Shown: positions 26,048 through 36,005 of the stretch, in pieces | Layout: every line of letters starts with the position of its first letter | How positions within the stretch are numbered: the first letter of the stretch is position 1 | DNA from: a virus | Lineage: Duplodnaviria > Caudoviricetes | IMG/VR virus record: IMGVR_UViG_3300011339_000519 | Location: 1-36,794 of that record | Reading direction: 5' to 3' (one strand) | DNA: 36,794 bases | Translations under genes and position numbers: made by a program | Notes under the pieces: model-generated | The model's database searches: none | Told to the model about the DNA's origin: nothing | Seen by the model: the letters and a program-made list of their open reading frames with translations, nothing else

Positions 26048-26215
26048 ATGAAGATCAAAGAAGGCTGCATCACTTACCAGGGACAGGACTTGATCATCCT
26101 GGACCAGATGGATGAAATTTCTGACAAGGTGTTTTGTTTGGTGACAAGGCCCAATGGGACATACACCTGGACCTTGTGGATTGATAAGAGTGACCTGGAG
26201 GGATTGATTAAATGA
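26048..26215 (+). CDS. Hypothetical protein, 55 aa (not in ORF track)
   Basis: MKIKEGCITYQGQ...LEGLIK*; AAGGA RBS; ATGA overlap with the next gene. Confidence 0.6.
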   Translation: MKIKEGCITYQGQDLIILDQMDEISDKVFCLVTRPNGTYTWTLWIDKSDLEGLIK

Positions 26216-26373
26216 AAACGCAAATGCTCACAAAGGTACGGCAGTTATTCAATTCTGAATATGTGCCGCGACATATTAACCGACATAATCAAAAGCAATA
26301 TATTAAGTCAATTAGATTATTGGGTGATAAATGGTTAATACATCAAAACAACAAAATCCAGAAAATCCAGTAA
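26212..26373 (+). CDS. Small basic phage protein, 53 aa (not in ORF track)
   Basis: MKTQMLTKVRQLFNSEYVPRHINRHNQKQYIKSIRLLGDKWL...; GGAGG RBS. Confidence 0.65.
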   Translation: MKTQMLTKVRQLFNSEYVPRHINRHNQKQYIKSIRLLGDKWLIHQNNKIQKIQ

Positions 26374-26437
26374 ATAAATATAAATGTCCACCATGCAATG
26401 GAAATTGCAATCAGGGTAGAAACTGTCCGGCCAGAAA

Positions 26438-26638
26438 ATGAAGAGTAATTTTGTAAATAATCACATTCGATTGAATGGGAATATGCATGCGCATAAATTG
26501 CAGATGTGCAGCAAGTGCAATCGGGAGAGGCCGCCAGAGGGTGGGGTTGAGATGAGTGCGACCAGGTGGGTGTGTGCATCGTGCTGGACCGATAGGGTCA
26601 CGGGTAGGAATTTGAAGCAAGTGAGGCAAAACAAATGA
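26438..26638 (+). CDS. Small zinc-finger protein
   Basis: CSKC...CASC; ATGA overlap with the next gene. Confidence 0.6.
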   Translation: MKSNFVNNHIRLNGNMHAHKLQMCSKCNRERPPEGGVEMSATRWVCASCWTDRVTGRNLKQVRQNK

Positions 26639-26838
26639 ATGAGCTTTTGACAACATTGCATTTGGAAGTGGTGATATTGGATTTGCGGATCAAGATGCTG
26701 GAGGCCATTGAGAGTGGGTATTACGATTTGGCCATGACGATGCAGCTGTTGATCCTGGTGCGGAATGATGAGCTGAACGCGCATAAGTTTGCGATGCCTG
26801 CAAAGCAGTGGGCTGTTTATCGGACAATGAGTCCATGA
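26635..26838 (+). CDS. Hypothetical protein
   Basis: 67 aa; GAGG RBS; coupled to terL. Confidence 0.6.
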   Translation: MNELLTTLHLEVVILDLRIKMLEAIESGYYDLAMTMQLLILVRNDELNAHKFAMPAKQWAVYRTMSP

Positions 26839-28244
26839 TCAAAGAAAATGTGTTTGAGCAGTGGGTCAAGAGGTATCAGCCTGATCCGGTGCTGTTTGTC
26901 CAGGAAGTGCTGGGGGTTGACCCTGACAAGTGGCAGATTGAGTTTTTGAGGGCCATTGCCCGTGGGGACAGGAAGATAAGTGTTCGGTCTGGCCACGGGG
27001 TGGGGAAAAGTACGGCATCGAGCTGGGCCATGCTCTGGTACTTCATGACCAGGAGTCCTGTGAAGGTGGTGGTCACTGCACCGACATCAAGCCAACTGTA
27101 CGATGCGATGTTTGCAGAGCTAAAGCGCTGGATCAATACGATGCCTGTGCCTTTGCAGGGACTCTTGACTGTCAAGCAAGAGAGGATTGAATTCAATGCT
27201 GCACCGACTGAGATGTTTATAAGTGCCAGGACATCTAGGGCAGAGCAGCCAGAGGCTTTGCAGGGAATTCACTCAGAGAATGTGATGCTGGTGGCCGATG
27301 AGGCTTCTGGTGTGCCGGAGCAAGTGTTTGAGGCTGCGGCTGGATCGATGTCTGGCCATAATGCGGTGACGCTGCTTTTGGGCAATCCGGTCAGAAGCAG
27401 TGGCTTTTTCTACGACACGCACACCAGGCTGTCGGATGAGTGGACCACATTCCAGGTGAGCTGCTTGGACTCACCGAGGGTGTCGGATGAGTATGTCAAA
27501 GAGATGGCCATGCGCTATGGGGAAGACAGCAATGTCTATCGCATCAGGGTGGTGGGTGAGTTTCCAAAGGGTGATGATGACACCATCATTGCCATGGACC
27601 TACTGGAAAGTGCATTGAATCGCGATGTGGCCGCCAGTGAATATGCGCCCATGATCTGGGGCTTGGATGTGGCCAGGTTTGGATCAGACCGATCAGCCCT
27701 GTGCAAGCGCCAAGGCAATGCGGTGACTGAGGCGATTAAGACTTGGAAAAATCTGGACCTGATGCAATTGACTGGCGCAGTGGTGGCCGAGTACCAGGCA
27801 CTTGCACCGAGTGCTCAGCCCAAAGAGATATTAGTGGACAGTATTGGCCTGGGCGCTGGGGTGGTGGACAGGCTTAGAGAGCTGGGCCTGCCAGCGCGTG
27901 GCATCAATGTGTCTGAAAGCCCGGCCATGGGCGGCACATATAGAAACCTAAAGGCTGAGCTTTGGTATCGAGCGCGTGCCTGGCTGGAGGCGCGGGACTG
28001 CAAACTGCCACGGGATGATGTCCTGGTCAACGAATTGGCCACTGTGCGGTACAGTTTCACCAGCAACGGCAAGATTCAGATTGAGGGTAAAGACGAGATC
28101 AAGCGAAGAGGATTGCCAAGCCCTGATAAGGCTGATGCGTTTGTCCTGACATTTGCGTCTGATGCCATGGCCGGAATGTACGGCAGCAGTGGATCGAGCA
28201 AGTGGTCGCAGCCACTGCGCAGAAATCTGTCCAGAGTCGCATAA
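26835..28244 (+). CDS. terL: Terminase large subunit
   Basis: Walker A SGHGVGKS, Walker B LVADEA, LLGNP; nuclease motifs GLDVARFGSD, VDSIGLG and SPDKADA. Confidence 0.95.
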   Translation: MIKENVFEQWVKRYQPDPVLFVQEVLGVDPDKWQIEFLRAIARGDRKISVRSGHGVGKSTASSWAMLWYFMTRSPVKVVVTAPTSSQLYDAMFAELKRWINTMPVPLQGLLTVKQERIEFNAAPTEMFISARTSRAEQPEALQGIHSENVMLVADEASGVPEQVFEAAAGSMSGHNAVTLLLGNPVRSSGFFYDTHTRLSDEWTTFQVSCLDSPRVSDEYVKEMAMRYGEDSNVYRIRVVGEFPKGDDDTIIAMDLLESALNRDVAASEYAPMIWGLDVARFGSDRSALCKRQGNAVTEAIKTWKNLDLMQLTGAVVAEYQALAPSAQPKEILVDSIGLGAGVVDRLRELGLPARGINVSESPAMGGTYRNLKAELWYRARAWLEARDCKLPRDDVLVNELATVRYSFTSNGKIQIEGKDEIKRRGLPSPDKADAFVLTFASDAMAGMYGSSGSSKWSQPLRRNLSRVA

Positions 28245-28278
28245 TTGCGACATCCATTAACCATGAAGGGGGATCGCC

Positions 28279-28446
28279 ATGAAGGCAATGTCTAAAGCGC
28301 AAAAGAAGGTCGGCAAAGTGATGCATGAATTCAAGACTGGTAAGCTGCACAGCGGTGGCACTGGCAAGGTGGTGAAGAATCCACAGCAGGCAATTGCCAT
28401 TGCTTTGAGTGAAGCCAAGATTAAGCAAAAGAAAGCGAAAAAATAA
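28279..28446 (+). CDS. Small basic protein, DUF6496-like (not in ORF track)
   Basis: KVGKVMHEFKTGKLHSG...VKNPQQAIAIALSEA. Confidence 0.8.
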   Translation: MKAMSKAQKKVGKVMHEFKTGKLHSGGTGKVVKNPQQAIAIALSEAKIKQKKAKK

Positions 28447-28913
28447 TGGCCACCATGCAACGCACCATGAGCCAGGTCATGGACAAAGAGCCTGGCGAGG
28501 ACATGAGCGCAGGCGAGAACTGCCCTATGCCAACGCAAGACATCACGCTGAACTTGAAGAATCGCGCCAAGGCAATCACCACTGCGGCCTATGGTCCTGA
28601 GAATCCAGCGCTGCCCAATACTGCGTTTTGGAAAAAGAAGGCTGATACTTGGGATGTGAGCATTGACGATGCCAAGCAAAGTCTTTGCGGTAACTGCGCA
28701 GCATTTAATGTGTCTGACAAGATCAAGCAGTGCATTGCCCAGGGTATTGGCAACGAGGCTGACCCATGGGGAACGATCAAGCTGGCCGACCTGGGTTACT
28801 GCGAAATTTTTGACTTCAAATGTGCAGCAAGCCGCACATGCGATGCCTGGGTAGTCGGTGGACCAAATACGGGTGAGCAAGATGGCGAAGACCAGGGCCA
28901 AATGGAGGATTGA
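28446..28913 (+). CDS. Hypothetical Cys-rich phage protein
   Basis: CGNCAAF and GYCEIFDFKCAASRTCDAW; TAATG coupling. Confidence 0.75.
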   Translation: MATMQRTMSQVMDKEPGEDMSAGENCPMPTQDITLNLKNRAKAITTAAYGPENPALPNTAFWKKKADTWDVSIDDAKQSLCGNCAAFNVSDKIKQCIAQGIGNEADPWGTIKLADLGYCEIFDFKCAASRTCDAWVVGGPNTGEQDGEDQGQMED

Positions 28914-28915
28914 GA

Positions 28916-29068
28916 ATGAAGCAAGGACTCTACGCCAACATTCACGCCAAGCAGGCGCGTATTGCAGCAGGCAGCAAAGAGAAGATGAGAAAGCCCGGCA
29001 GTAAAGGCGCTCCATCAGCTGCTGACTTCAAGGCCGCTGCCAAGACTGCAAAGAAGCCCAAAAAATGA
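28916..29068 (+). CDS. Small basic protein, 50 aa (not in ORF track)
   Basis: MKQGLYANIHAKQARIAAGSKEKMRKPGSKGAPSAADFK...; GGAGG RBS. Confidence 0.78.
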   Translation: MKQGLYANIHAKQARIAAGSKEKMRKPGSKGAPSAADFKAAAKTAKKPKK

Positions 29069-29361
29069 AGACCCCAGCCTGGCAACGCAAAGAGGGCAAA
29101 AGCCCCTCTGGTGGCTTAAATGCCAAGGGCCGTGCCAGCGCAAAAGCGCAAGGCATGGACCTGAAAGCGCCAGTAAAGGCTGGCGACAACCCAAGGCGCG
29201 CCAGTTTCTTGGCACGCATGGGCAACATGCCTGGTCCTGAGTACAAAGGTGGCGAGCCGACCAGGTTGCTGCTGTCATTGAAGGCATGGGGCGCAAGCTC
29301 CAAGGCTGATGCCAAGGCCAAGGCGGCTGCGATCAGTGCCAGGAATAAGGCCAAGAAATGA
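29065..29361 (+). CDS. Small basic protein, DUF6321-like
   Basis: AWQRKEGKSPSGGLNAKGRAS...RRASFLARM. Confidence 0.75.
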   Translation: MKTPAWQRKEGKSPSGGLNAKGRASAKAQGMDLKAPVKAGDNPRRASFLARMGNMPGPEYKGGEPTRLLLSLKAWGASSKADAKAKAAAISARNKAKK

Positions 29362-30053
29362 TCTGTCCGATCGTCATTGCCACTGTCAAGGGTCATGGTC
29401 TGGCCGTTCTGCTGGAGAGCATTAAGCAGTACGCGCCAGAGTGTCCGGTTTATCTTAGAGGCCCAGAGTCGGTGATCGAGAACTTCAATGTTGACTTCAA
29501 AATCTATGGCCAGCCAAGGAGCTTTGGCGAGGACTACAACGAAATTATTGAAGCGGCCATGAAAGACTGGTCATCATGCATTGTGGCCAATGACGATATT
29601 GTGTTAACCCCAAGCAGCGTGCAGACACTGATGGAAGATGTGGCCATTATCAAGACCATGAACAGCGTGAAGGCTGGGTGGGTGGCATCTAGGACTGATG
29701 CAGCCCGGCCTTGTCAGAATGTGCGCATCAGTGAGCCAAACGAAAAGCTGTACTTTTACAAATACCCATCCGAAGTCCATATCAAGATGGTCGAAGAGAT
29801 TAGCCCCATCTTTGCCTGGATATCAAGCGATGCGTTTGAAGAGGCAAAGTTTCCGCCTCTGAATTGGTACTCAGATGATGTGCATTGTAGGGACTTGATT
29901 GAGAAAGGCTATTCGCATTTTGTGAGCGCCAGCTATGTCCACCACATAGGCAGCAACACAATTGGCTTTAATGCCAAAAAACTGCATGAAGATGCGCTGC
30001 CATGGCTCAAAGAGAATCGACCAACTTATGCGAGTGCCTGGTTTGATTCTTAA
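29358..30053 (+). CDS. Glycosyltransferase family 2-like (GT-A fold)
   Basis: FGEDYN, IVANDDIVL (DxD-like), WYSDD and YVHHIGS. Confidence 0.65.
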   Translation: MICPIVIATVKGHGLAVLLESIKQYAPECPVYLRGPESVIENFNVDFKIYGQPRSFGEDYNEIIEAAMKDWSSCIVANDDIVLTPSSVQTLMEDVAIIKTMNSVKAGWVASRTDAARPCQNVRISEPNEKLYFYKYPSEVHIKMVEEISPIFAWISSDAFEEAKFPPLNWYSDDVHCRDLIEKGYSHFVSASYVHHIGSNTIGFNAKKLHEDALPWLKENRPTYASAWFDS

Positions 30054-30561
30054 TCTAGGCTCTGGCAAAGACTGGTGCGCTGAGTATCTCAATGCAGATA
30101 TCCAGGCCAGCAAGAATCCTGATTGGCTGGTCGATATCAGCAAAGTCAAATGGGGTGATACTCTGGAGACCAGGTTTGGCCAGCTTGAGATCGTGCCAGG
30201 CATGTTTGACACTATTCTGGCCAACGATGTGCTGGAACACATCCCAAATTTGGTCGATGCCATGACCAACTGCAAAGAGCTGCTGAAGGTGGGCGGCCAG
30301 ATGCGTATCCATGTGCCTTATGACCTAAGTCTTGGCGCGTGGCAAGACCCGACCCATGTCCGGGCATTTAACGAGAATTCCTGGAAGTATTACACCGAGT
30401 GGCACTGGTACTTAGGCTGGCCAGATCGGTTTGAGCTGACAACACTGGAAATGAGGCTCTCAAAGGTGGGAGAAGCACTAGAATTGCCACAAGACGAAAT
30501 TATCCGCACGCCACGGGCTGTGGACTCCATGTTTGTGGTTCTAACAAAGGTCAAGCCATGA
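30028..30561 (+). CDS. SAM-dependent methyltransferase (type 11-like)
   Basis: LNLGSG, YLNAD, DVLEHI, LKVGG and DPTH; start at ATG 30028 or TTG 30043. Confidence 0.82.
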   Translation: MRVPGLILNLGSGKDWCAEYLNADIQASKNPDWLVDISKVKWGDTLETRFGQLEIVPGMFDTILANDVLEHIPNLVDAMTNCKELLKVGGQMRIHVPYDLSLGAWQDPTHVRAFNENSWKYYTEWHWYLGWPDRFELTTLEMRLSKVGEALELPQDEIIRTPRAVDSMFVVLTKVKP

Positions 30562-32771
30562 TTGAAAACATTACCGAAAATTTATCGACTGACATTGCAG
30601 CCACCCAGCCCATGGACGATGCAGAGCTGCAAAGCATCATCACCCAGGACCTGACCGATGCGGTGAGCTATGTGGACAGTGATCTGTCACCCACACGCGC
30701 CAAGGGTACTGAATACTATCGTGGGGATTTATTCGGCAATGAGGTCGAAGGCAACAGCAAAGTGGTGGCCATGGAGGTGCGCGACACTGTGAGCGCCATG
30801 CTGCCAAGCCTGATGCGGGTGTTTTTCAATTCTGAGAATGTGGTGGAATTCACGCCCCGTGGCCCAGAAGATGTGAAGATGGCGCAGCAGGCAACAGATT
30901 ACGCCAACTACATTTTCCAAAACGACAACAACGGGTTTTTGACCAGTTACGCCATTTTCAAAGATGCCCTGGTGCGCAAGTGCGGCATTGCCAAATTCTG
31001 GTGGGAAGATGAAGAGAAGGTGCGGATTGAGGAGTATTCTGGCCTCGATGACCAGACGCTAGAGATGCTGATGCAAGAGCCTGGCGCTGAAGTCAAGATT
31101 GTGGTGTCTTATCCAGACCCACAAGTTGATGAGCTGCAAATCTCTACTGTTGACCCATTGACTGGTCAGCCAGTGACAGCGCCACCCGCCATGGTCCACG
31201 ATGTGCAAATCAAGCGCATCACCAAGGATGGCCGTATCAAGATCATGGCCGTGCCGCCAGAGGAGCTGCTGCTGGACAGACGCGCCAGATCGTTTGACGA
31301 TGCCACGATCATTGCCCACCGCCAGATGGCCACTGTGGCCGACCTGATGGCCATGGGTTATGACCAGGATGAAATTGAAGAGAATCTGTCAACGACAGAC
31401 CTGGATAGCAATGACGAGTATTTGGCGCGTCAGCCACTGAGTACAACATTTGGCACGAATGACGCTGCCAATCCGATGATGCGCAGAGTGCTGTATGTTG
31501 AGGCTTATTCTCGCGTGGACTACGATGGTGACGGCATTGCCGAACTTAGAAAAGTCTGCTGCATGGGGGGTGGCTATAAGGTGGTGCGCAATCTGCCAGC
31601 AAGCTACATTCCATTTGCCGACTTTCCCTGCGATCCAGAGCCGCACACAAGCCCCTTGGAGGCAATGTCGATTTTTGACATTACCCGCGACTTGCAAGAG
31701 ATCAAATCAGAAATCTTGCGCAATACGCTGGACAGCCTGGCTCAGTCCATCCACCCACGCACGGCAGTGGTCGAAGGCCAAGTCAACATTGACGATGTCT
31801 TGAACAACGAGACAGGCGCGATTATTCGCATGCGTGCGCCTGGCATGGTCCAGCCTTTGTCAACACCATTTGTTGGCCAGGCTGCATTCCCGATGATGGA
31901 ATACATGGATCAGATCAAGGAAGATCGCACGGGCATGAGCAAGGCGGCCATGGGGTTGAATGCTGATGCATTGCAATCCAGTACCAAAGCCGCTGTAAAC
32001 GCCACAATCAGCGCCAGCCAAGGCCGTATTGAGCTGACAGCACGCATCCTGGCTGAAGGCATGAAAAAGCTCTTCAAGGGTATTTTATTCTTGGCCATCA
32101 CACACCAGGACAAAGCACGCATGGTGCGTCTGCGCAATGAGTGGGTGCAAATTGATCCACGCGCCTGGGATGTGTCCATGGATGCCAGCATCAACATTGC
32201 TCTGGGCAATGGCGATACCAACGAGAAGCTCCAGGCTTTGATGATGATCATGGCTAAGCAAGAGCAAATCTTGCAGCAGCTTGGCCCACAAAATCCCTTG
32301 GTCACGCCACAGCAATTCAGCAATACATTGCGCAAGATTGTGGAACTGTCTGGATTCAAAGACACGACAAGCTACTTTCAGCAAATCCCTGCTGACTATG
32401 TGCCGCCCACACCCACACCAAAGCCAACGCCAGAAGAGGTCTTGGCCCAGGTGCAGGCTGAGTCCATTAAGGCCGATATCCAGAAAAAGGCAGCCGAGCT
32501 AGAGCTAAAGCGCCAGCAAATGCTTTTGGACGATGACTTGGCACGGGACAAAATGGCTCAAGACATGTATCTCAAAAAGTATGAAATTGAGTTAAAGTAC
32601 AAATCACAGATCAGCACAGCCGAAATTGATGCGGCCCAGAATGTTGATCGTGAAGCAATGCGTCAGCAGGCGCTATTGGCCCAGCAGCAAGCCGCACAGT
32701 TTGTGCAGCAGCCGCAGCCACCAGCGCCTGAGATGATGCCCCCATCAACCTTTAACGGAATGGCTCAGTGA
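30558..32771 (+). CDS. Portal protein
   Basis: 737 aa, downstream of terL and upstream of the scaffold; EYYRG, VRDTV and FKDAL motifs; Gln-rich coiled-coil tail as in P22-type portals. Confidence 0.88.
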   Translation: MIENITENLSTDIAATQPMDDAELQSIITQDLTDAVSYVDSDLSPTRAKGTEYYRGDLFGNEVEGNSKVVAMEVRDTVSAMLPSLMRVFFNSENVVEFTPRGPEDVKMAQQATDYANYIFQNDNNGFLTSYAIFKDALVRKCGIAKFWWEDEEKVRIEEYSGLDDQTLEMLMQEPGAEVKIVVSYPDPQVDELQISTVDPLTGQPVTAPPAMVHDVQIKRITKDGRIKIMAVPPEELLLDRRARSFDDATIIAHRQMATVADLMAMGYDQDEIEENLSTTDLDSNDEYLARQPLSTTFGTNDAANPMMRRVLYVEAYSRVDYDGDGIAELRKVCCMGGGYKVVRNLPASYIPFADFPCDPEPHTSPLEAMSIFDITRDLQEIKSEILRNTLDSLAQSIHPRTAVVEGQVNIDDVLNNETGAIIRMRAPGMVQPLSTPFVGQAAFPMMEYMDQIKEDRTGMSKAAMGLNADALQSSTKAAVNATISASQGRIELTARILAEGMKKLFKGILFLAITHQDKARMVRLRNEWVQIDPRAWDVSMDASINIALGNGDTNEKLQALMMIMAKQEQILQQLGPQNPLVTPQQFSNTLRKIVELSGFKDTTSYFQQIPADYVPPTPTPKPTPEEVLAQVQAESIKADIQKKAAELELKRQQMLLDDDLARDKMAQDMYLKKYEIELKYKSQISTAEIDAAQNVDREAMRQQALLAQQQAAQFVQQPQPPAPEMMPPSTFNGMAQ

Positions 32772-33034
32772 GTACAAACGAAGACCAGGTAAATAAAGGC
32801 CGAAAGGCCAAGCAGCTGCTTGAGGATGAAACCCTCAATGCAGCGATTGCAAAATTGGAAAATGACCAACTTTGGGTATTTCGATCATCGAAACCCGAAG
32901 AGTCTGTGAAGCGTGAAACAGCGTGGTGCATGTTGCAGGCCATTGATGGTCTGCGGCAAGAGTTGATCAAGATCATGGACAACGGCAAGATTGCACAGAA
33001 CGCGATGAACAAATCACAGAAAAATCTAATTTAA
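32768..33034 (+). CDS. Hypothetical head-assembly protein
   Basis: 88 aa between portal and scaffold; GTGA overlap. Confidence 0.7.
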   Translation: MSTNEDQVNKGRKAKQLLEDETLNAAIAKLENDQLWVFRSSKPEESVKRETAWCMLQAIDGLRQELIKIMDNGKIAQNAMNKSQKNLI

Positions 33035-33043
33035 GAAAATACT

Positions 33044-34024
33044 ATGGCAGAAACAACAGCAATGAATATGACCGATGCGGTCAGTGCTATCTCAGCAATG
33101 TTAGCCCCCGAAGAGGGACAGGCAGAAGTTACTGAGACGCAGCCAGTCGAGGAATCCGAAGAGGAGACCGAGACAGCGGCTTCTGAAGAGGAGGACTCTG
33201 GTGTGGAAGACGCGCCAGAGGAGGAAACTTCAGAGGAACAGTCCGAAGAAGAGGAAGAGCCTGAAGAGGAAGAACAGCAGCAGACTTTCACTGTCAAAGT
33301 TGATGGTAAAGAAGTTACTGTGACGCTGGACGAACTCCAAAAAGGCTATTCAAGGACTCAGGACTACACCCGGAAAACGCAGCAGATTGCCGAAGTGCGA
33401 AAGCAAGTTGAGGCAGAGACGCAAGCAGTCCGGGCCGAGCGTGAGCAGTACGCTCAATTGTTGGGAGCATTGCAAGCCCAACTTCAGTCTTCAGAGCCTC
33501 AAGTCGATCTGGATCGTCTTTATCACGAAGACCCGATTGAGTGGGTGAGGCAAAAGGAAGTCATGCGGGAGCGACAAGAGAAATTAGGTGCTATTCAGGC
33601 CGAGCAGCAGCGACTTTCTCAGGTGGCCCAGTATGAACAACAGCGCGCCATGGAGGCCCAACTTGCCATCCAGCAAGAAGCCCTATTGGCAGCCCTGCCG
33701 GAATGGAAAGACCCCAAGAAGGCAAAGGCCGAGAAGGCGCTGGTGATTGAGTCTGCAAAGGCGGCAGGCTTTACCGATGAAGACTTGAAGAGTGTTTACG
33801 ACCACCGACTGGTGTTGTTGCTGCGTAAAGCGGCAATGTACGACCAGATGGTAAGTAAACGCCAAGGCATTAAGCCTGTGGTGAACAATGGCCCACGACC
33901 AGCCAAGCCTGGAGCAGCTGGTCGGGTTTCGACAACAACTGAGGCTACTCGTGCAAAGCAGCGTCTTGCAAAAACTGGCCGTGTCGATGATGCGGCCTCT
34001 GCAATTGAACTTCTATTGAAATGA
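33044..34024 (+). CDS. Capsid scaffolding protein
   Basis: Acidic N-terminus; VKVDGKEVTVTLDELQKGYSRTQDYTRKTQ; coiled coil; directly before the major capsid gene. Confidence 0.85.
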   Translation: MAETTAMNMTDAVSAISAMLAPEEGQAEVTETQPVEESEEETETAASEEEDSGVEDAPEEETSEEQSEEEEEPEEEEQQQTFTVKVDGKEVTVTLDELQKGYSRTQDYTRKTQQIAEVRKQVEAETQAVRAEREQYAQLLGALQAQLQSSEPQVDLDRLYHEDPIEWVRQKEVMRERQEKLGAIQAEQQRLSQVAQYEQQRAMEAQLAIQQEALLAALPEWKDPKKAKAEKALVIESAKAAGFTDEDLKSVYDHRLVLLLRKAAMYDQMVSKRQGIKPVVNNGPRPAKPGAAGRVSTTTEATRAKQRLAKTGRVDDAASAIELLLK

Positions 34025-34031
34025 GGAAATT

Positions 34032-34994
34032 ATGGCTATCGTTAGCAATACATTTTTGACATACTCTGCAAAGGGTATTCGTGAGGACTTGAGCAATGTG
34101 ATCACAAACATTGCACCAGAGGAAACTCCATATTCTTCAAACATTGGCCGCGAGAATGTGTCCAACAGTTTGTATGAGTGGCAGACAGATACATTGGCCA
34201 GCGCTGCTGCCAATGCTCAGTTGGAGGGTGACGATGTTGCATCGTTTGACTCTGTGACTGCAACTGTGCGTATGCAAAACTACGCGCAAATTTCACGCAA
34301 GACAATCATCTTGTCAGCTACTGAAGAAGTGGTGAACAAGGCTGGTCGCCGCAGTGAATTGGCTTATCAGATCGCCAAGCGCGGTGCTGAATTGAAGCGC
34401 GACCAGGAATATGTCATGCTCAATGGCGGCATTGCTGTTGCTGGTGATTCCACCACTGCCCGTGTCACTGCCTCTTTGGGCGCGTTTGTGAAAACAAACA
34501 CTGACAAGCAGACTAATGGTGCTGATCCATCTTACACAACGCTGCCAAACAGCGCCCGTACAGACGGCAATGTGCGCACATTCACTGAAACCATTTTGAA
34601 AAATGTGATTCAGAAAGTGTGGAGCGCAGGCGGTACACCTAAGATTTTGATGTGCGGTCCTGTTAACAAACAGCGCGTGTCAGGTTTCTCTGGTATTGCC
34701 TCCAGCCGTTTCAACATTGATGGTGGTGCAAAGCCTGCCACTTTGGTTGGCGCGGTTGACATCTATGTTTCAGATTTCGGAAATGTCCAGGTCATCGCTA
34801 ATAGATTCCAGCGTGAGCGCGATGCATGGGTGATCGATCCTGACTACGCCAAGATGACTGTGCTGCGTCCTTACCAGCAAGTCGAATTGGCCAAGACTGG
34901 TGACGCTGAAAAACGCATGCTGATCGTTGAGTGGGGTCACAAAGTGTTGGCTGAAAATGCCCACGGCTTGGCCGCTGACTTGATCACTTCTTAA
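34032..34994 (+). CDS. Major capsid protein (DUF5309-like)
   Basis: GIREDLS.VI..I.PEETP, EWQTD, NYAQI, ELKRD and LAKTGD motifs; GAGG RBS; followed by a terminator. Confidence 0.9.
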   Translation: MAIVSNTFLTYSAKGIREDLSNVITNIAPEETPYSSNIGRENVSNSLYEWQTDTLASAAANAQLEGDDVASFDSVTATVRMQNYAQISRKTIILSATEEVVNKAGRRSELAYQIAKRGAELKRDQEYVMLNGGIAVAGDSTTARVTASLGAFVKTNTDKQTNGADPSYTTLPNSARTDGNVRTFTETILKNVIQKVWSAGGTPKILMCGPVNKQRVSGFSGIASSRFNIDGGAKPATLVGAVDIYVSDFGNVQVIANRFQRERDAWVIDPDYAKMTVLRPYQQVELAKTGDAEKRMLIVEWGHKVLAENAHGLAADLITS

Positions 34995-35007
34995 TCGGAA
35001 GCAATGG

Positions 35008-35037
35008 AAAGGGCCAGGGAAACCTGGCTCTTTTTTT
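35008..35037 (+). terminator. Rho-independent terminator after the capsid gene
   Basis: GGGCCAGG-GAAA-CCTGGCTC stem-loop followed by T7. Confidence 0.88.
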
Positions 35038-35040
35038 AAA

Positions 35041-35358
35041 ATGATTGAAAAAAAATTATTTGATGTAAACGCCCAGCAAGGCATAACACGCACCTGGCAC
35101 TACAACACCGACAACGATGAAGTCACCATCCAGACACAACAAGATGTGACCGATGTCATTGAGGCCAACAAAGCCATCTACAACGCTGTGGATGAAAAAG
35201 CCACCTGGAAAGGTGAATGGCACTTGGTCGCATCCATCCCAGAAGCTCTCTATTACAAGATGAAGGCCGAAGGTAAGATCGATGACCAGGAATACATGAA
35301 ACGCTGGCTCAACGATAGCGAAAATCAATTCTTTAGGACTCGACCTGGAAAAGTATGA
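35041..35358 (+). CDS. Hypothetical protein downstream of the capsid gene
   Basis: 105 aa; QDV..VIEANK, VASIP and WLND.EN..FRT. Confidence 0.75.
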   Translation: MIEKKLFDVNAQQGITRTWHYNTDNDEVTIQTQQDVTDVIEANKAIYNAVDEKATWKGEWHLVASIPEALYYKMKAEGKIDDQEYMKRWLNDSENQFFRTRPGKV

Positions 35359-36005
35359 ACTACATTGCTGTCTGCACCCCTGCCCGTGATCAGGTCCACA
35401 CCAACTACACATATTGCATGGTCAATATGGTGGCGTATCACACACTCAATACAACAGACGCAATCAGTCTGAAATTGATGCAAGGCACAATCATCCAAAA
35501 CCAAAGGGCTGATCTTTGCCTGGATGCCATGAGAGAGGGCTGCACCCACATTCTCTTCATCGACTCTGACATGACATTCCCACAGGACATGGTCGGCAGA
35601 CTCTTGGCCCATGACAAACCCATCGTGGCTGCCAACTGCGCCAGGCGCAGAATGCCCACTGGCCCAACAGCCCAGAACTATGACGAGAATGGCAAGCGCC
35701 AGCCCGTCTATACGATGCCAGAATCGACTGGATTGGAAGAGGTGGGAAGCATTGGAACAGGCATAATGCTGATCAAGCGCGAGGTGTTTGAGGGCATGAG
35801 TGAGCCATGGTTTGATATGCCATGGCAGACCACCAGGGGCTATATGGGAGAAGATGTGTTCTTTTGTAAGAAAGCACAAGAGCTTGGCTACAAAATCTAC
35901 ATCGACCATGATGTCTCAAAGGAAATTGGCCACATTGGCACATTTGAGTTTCGCCATGACCACACCTGGATTGTGAAAGAGGAAATGGAAAAAGAGGCCC
36001 AATAA
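35355..36005 (+). CDS. Glycosyltransferase family 2-like (GT-A fold)
   Basis: THILFIDSDM (DxD), GTGIMLIKREVF, GEDVFFC and IGHIG. Confidence 0.78.
   Translation: MNYIAVCTPARDQVHTNYTYCMVNMVAYHTLNTTDAISLKLMQGTIIQNQRADLCLDAMREGCTHILFIDSDMTFPQDMVGRLLAHDKPIVAANCARRRMPTGPTAQNYDENGKRQPVYTMPESTGLEEVGSIGTGIMLIKREVFEGMSEPWFDMPWQTTRGYMGEDVFFCKKAQELGYKIYIDHDVSKEIGHIGTFEFRHDHTWIVKEEMEKEAQ

Noticed and set aside
28257-29396. Long minus-strand ORFs (252, 122 and 93 aa)
   Set aside because: Antisense shadows of four coupled plus-strand genes with recognisable motifs.
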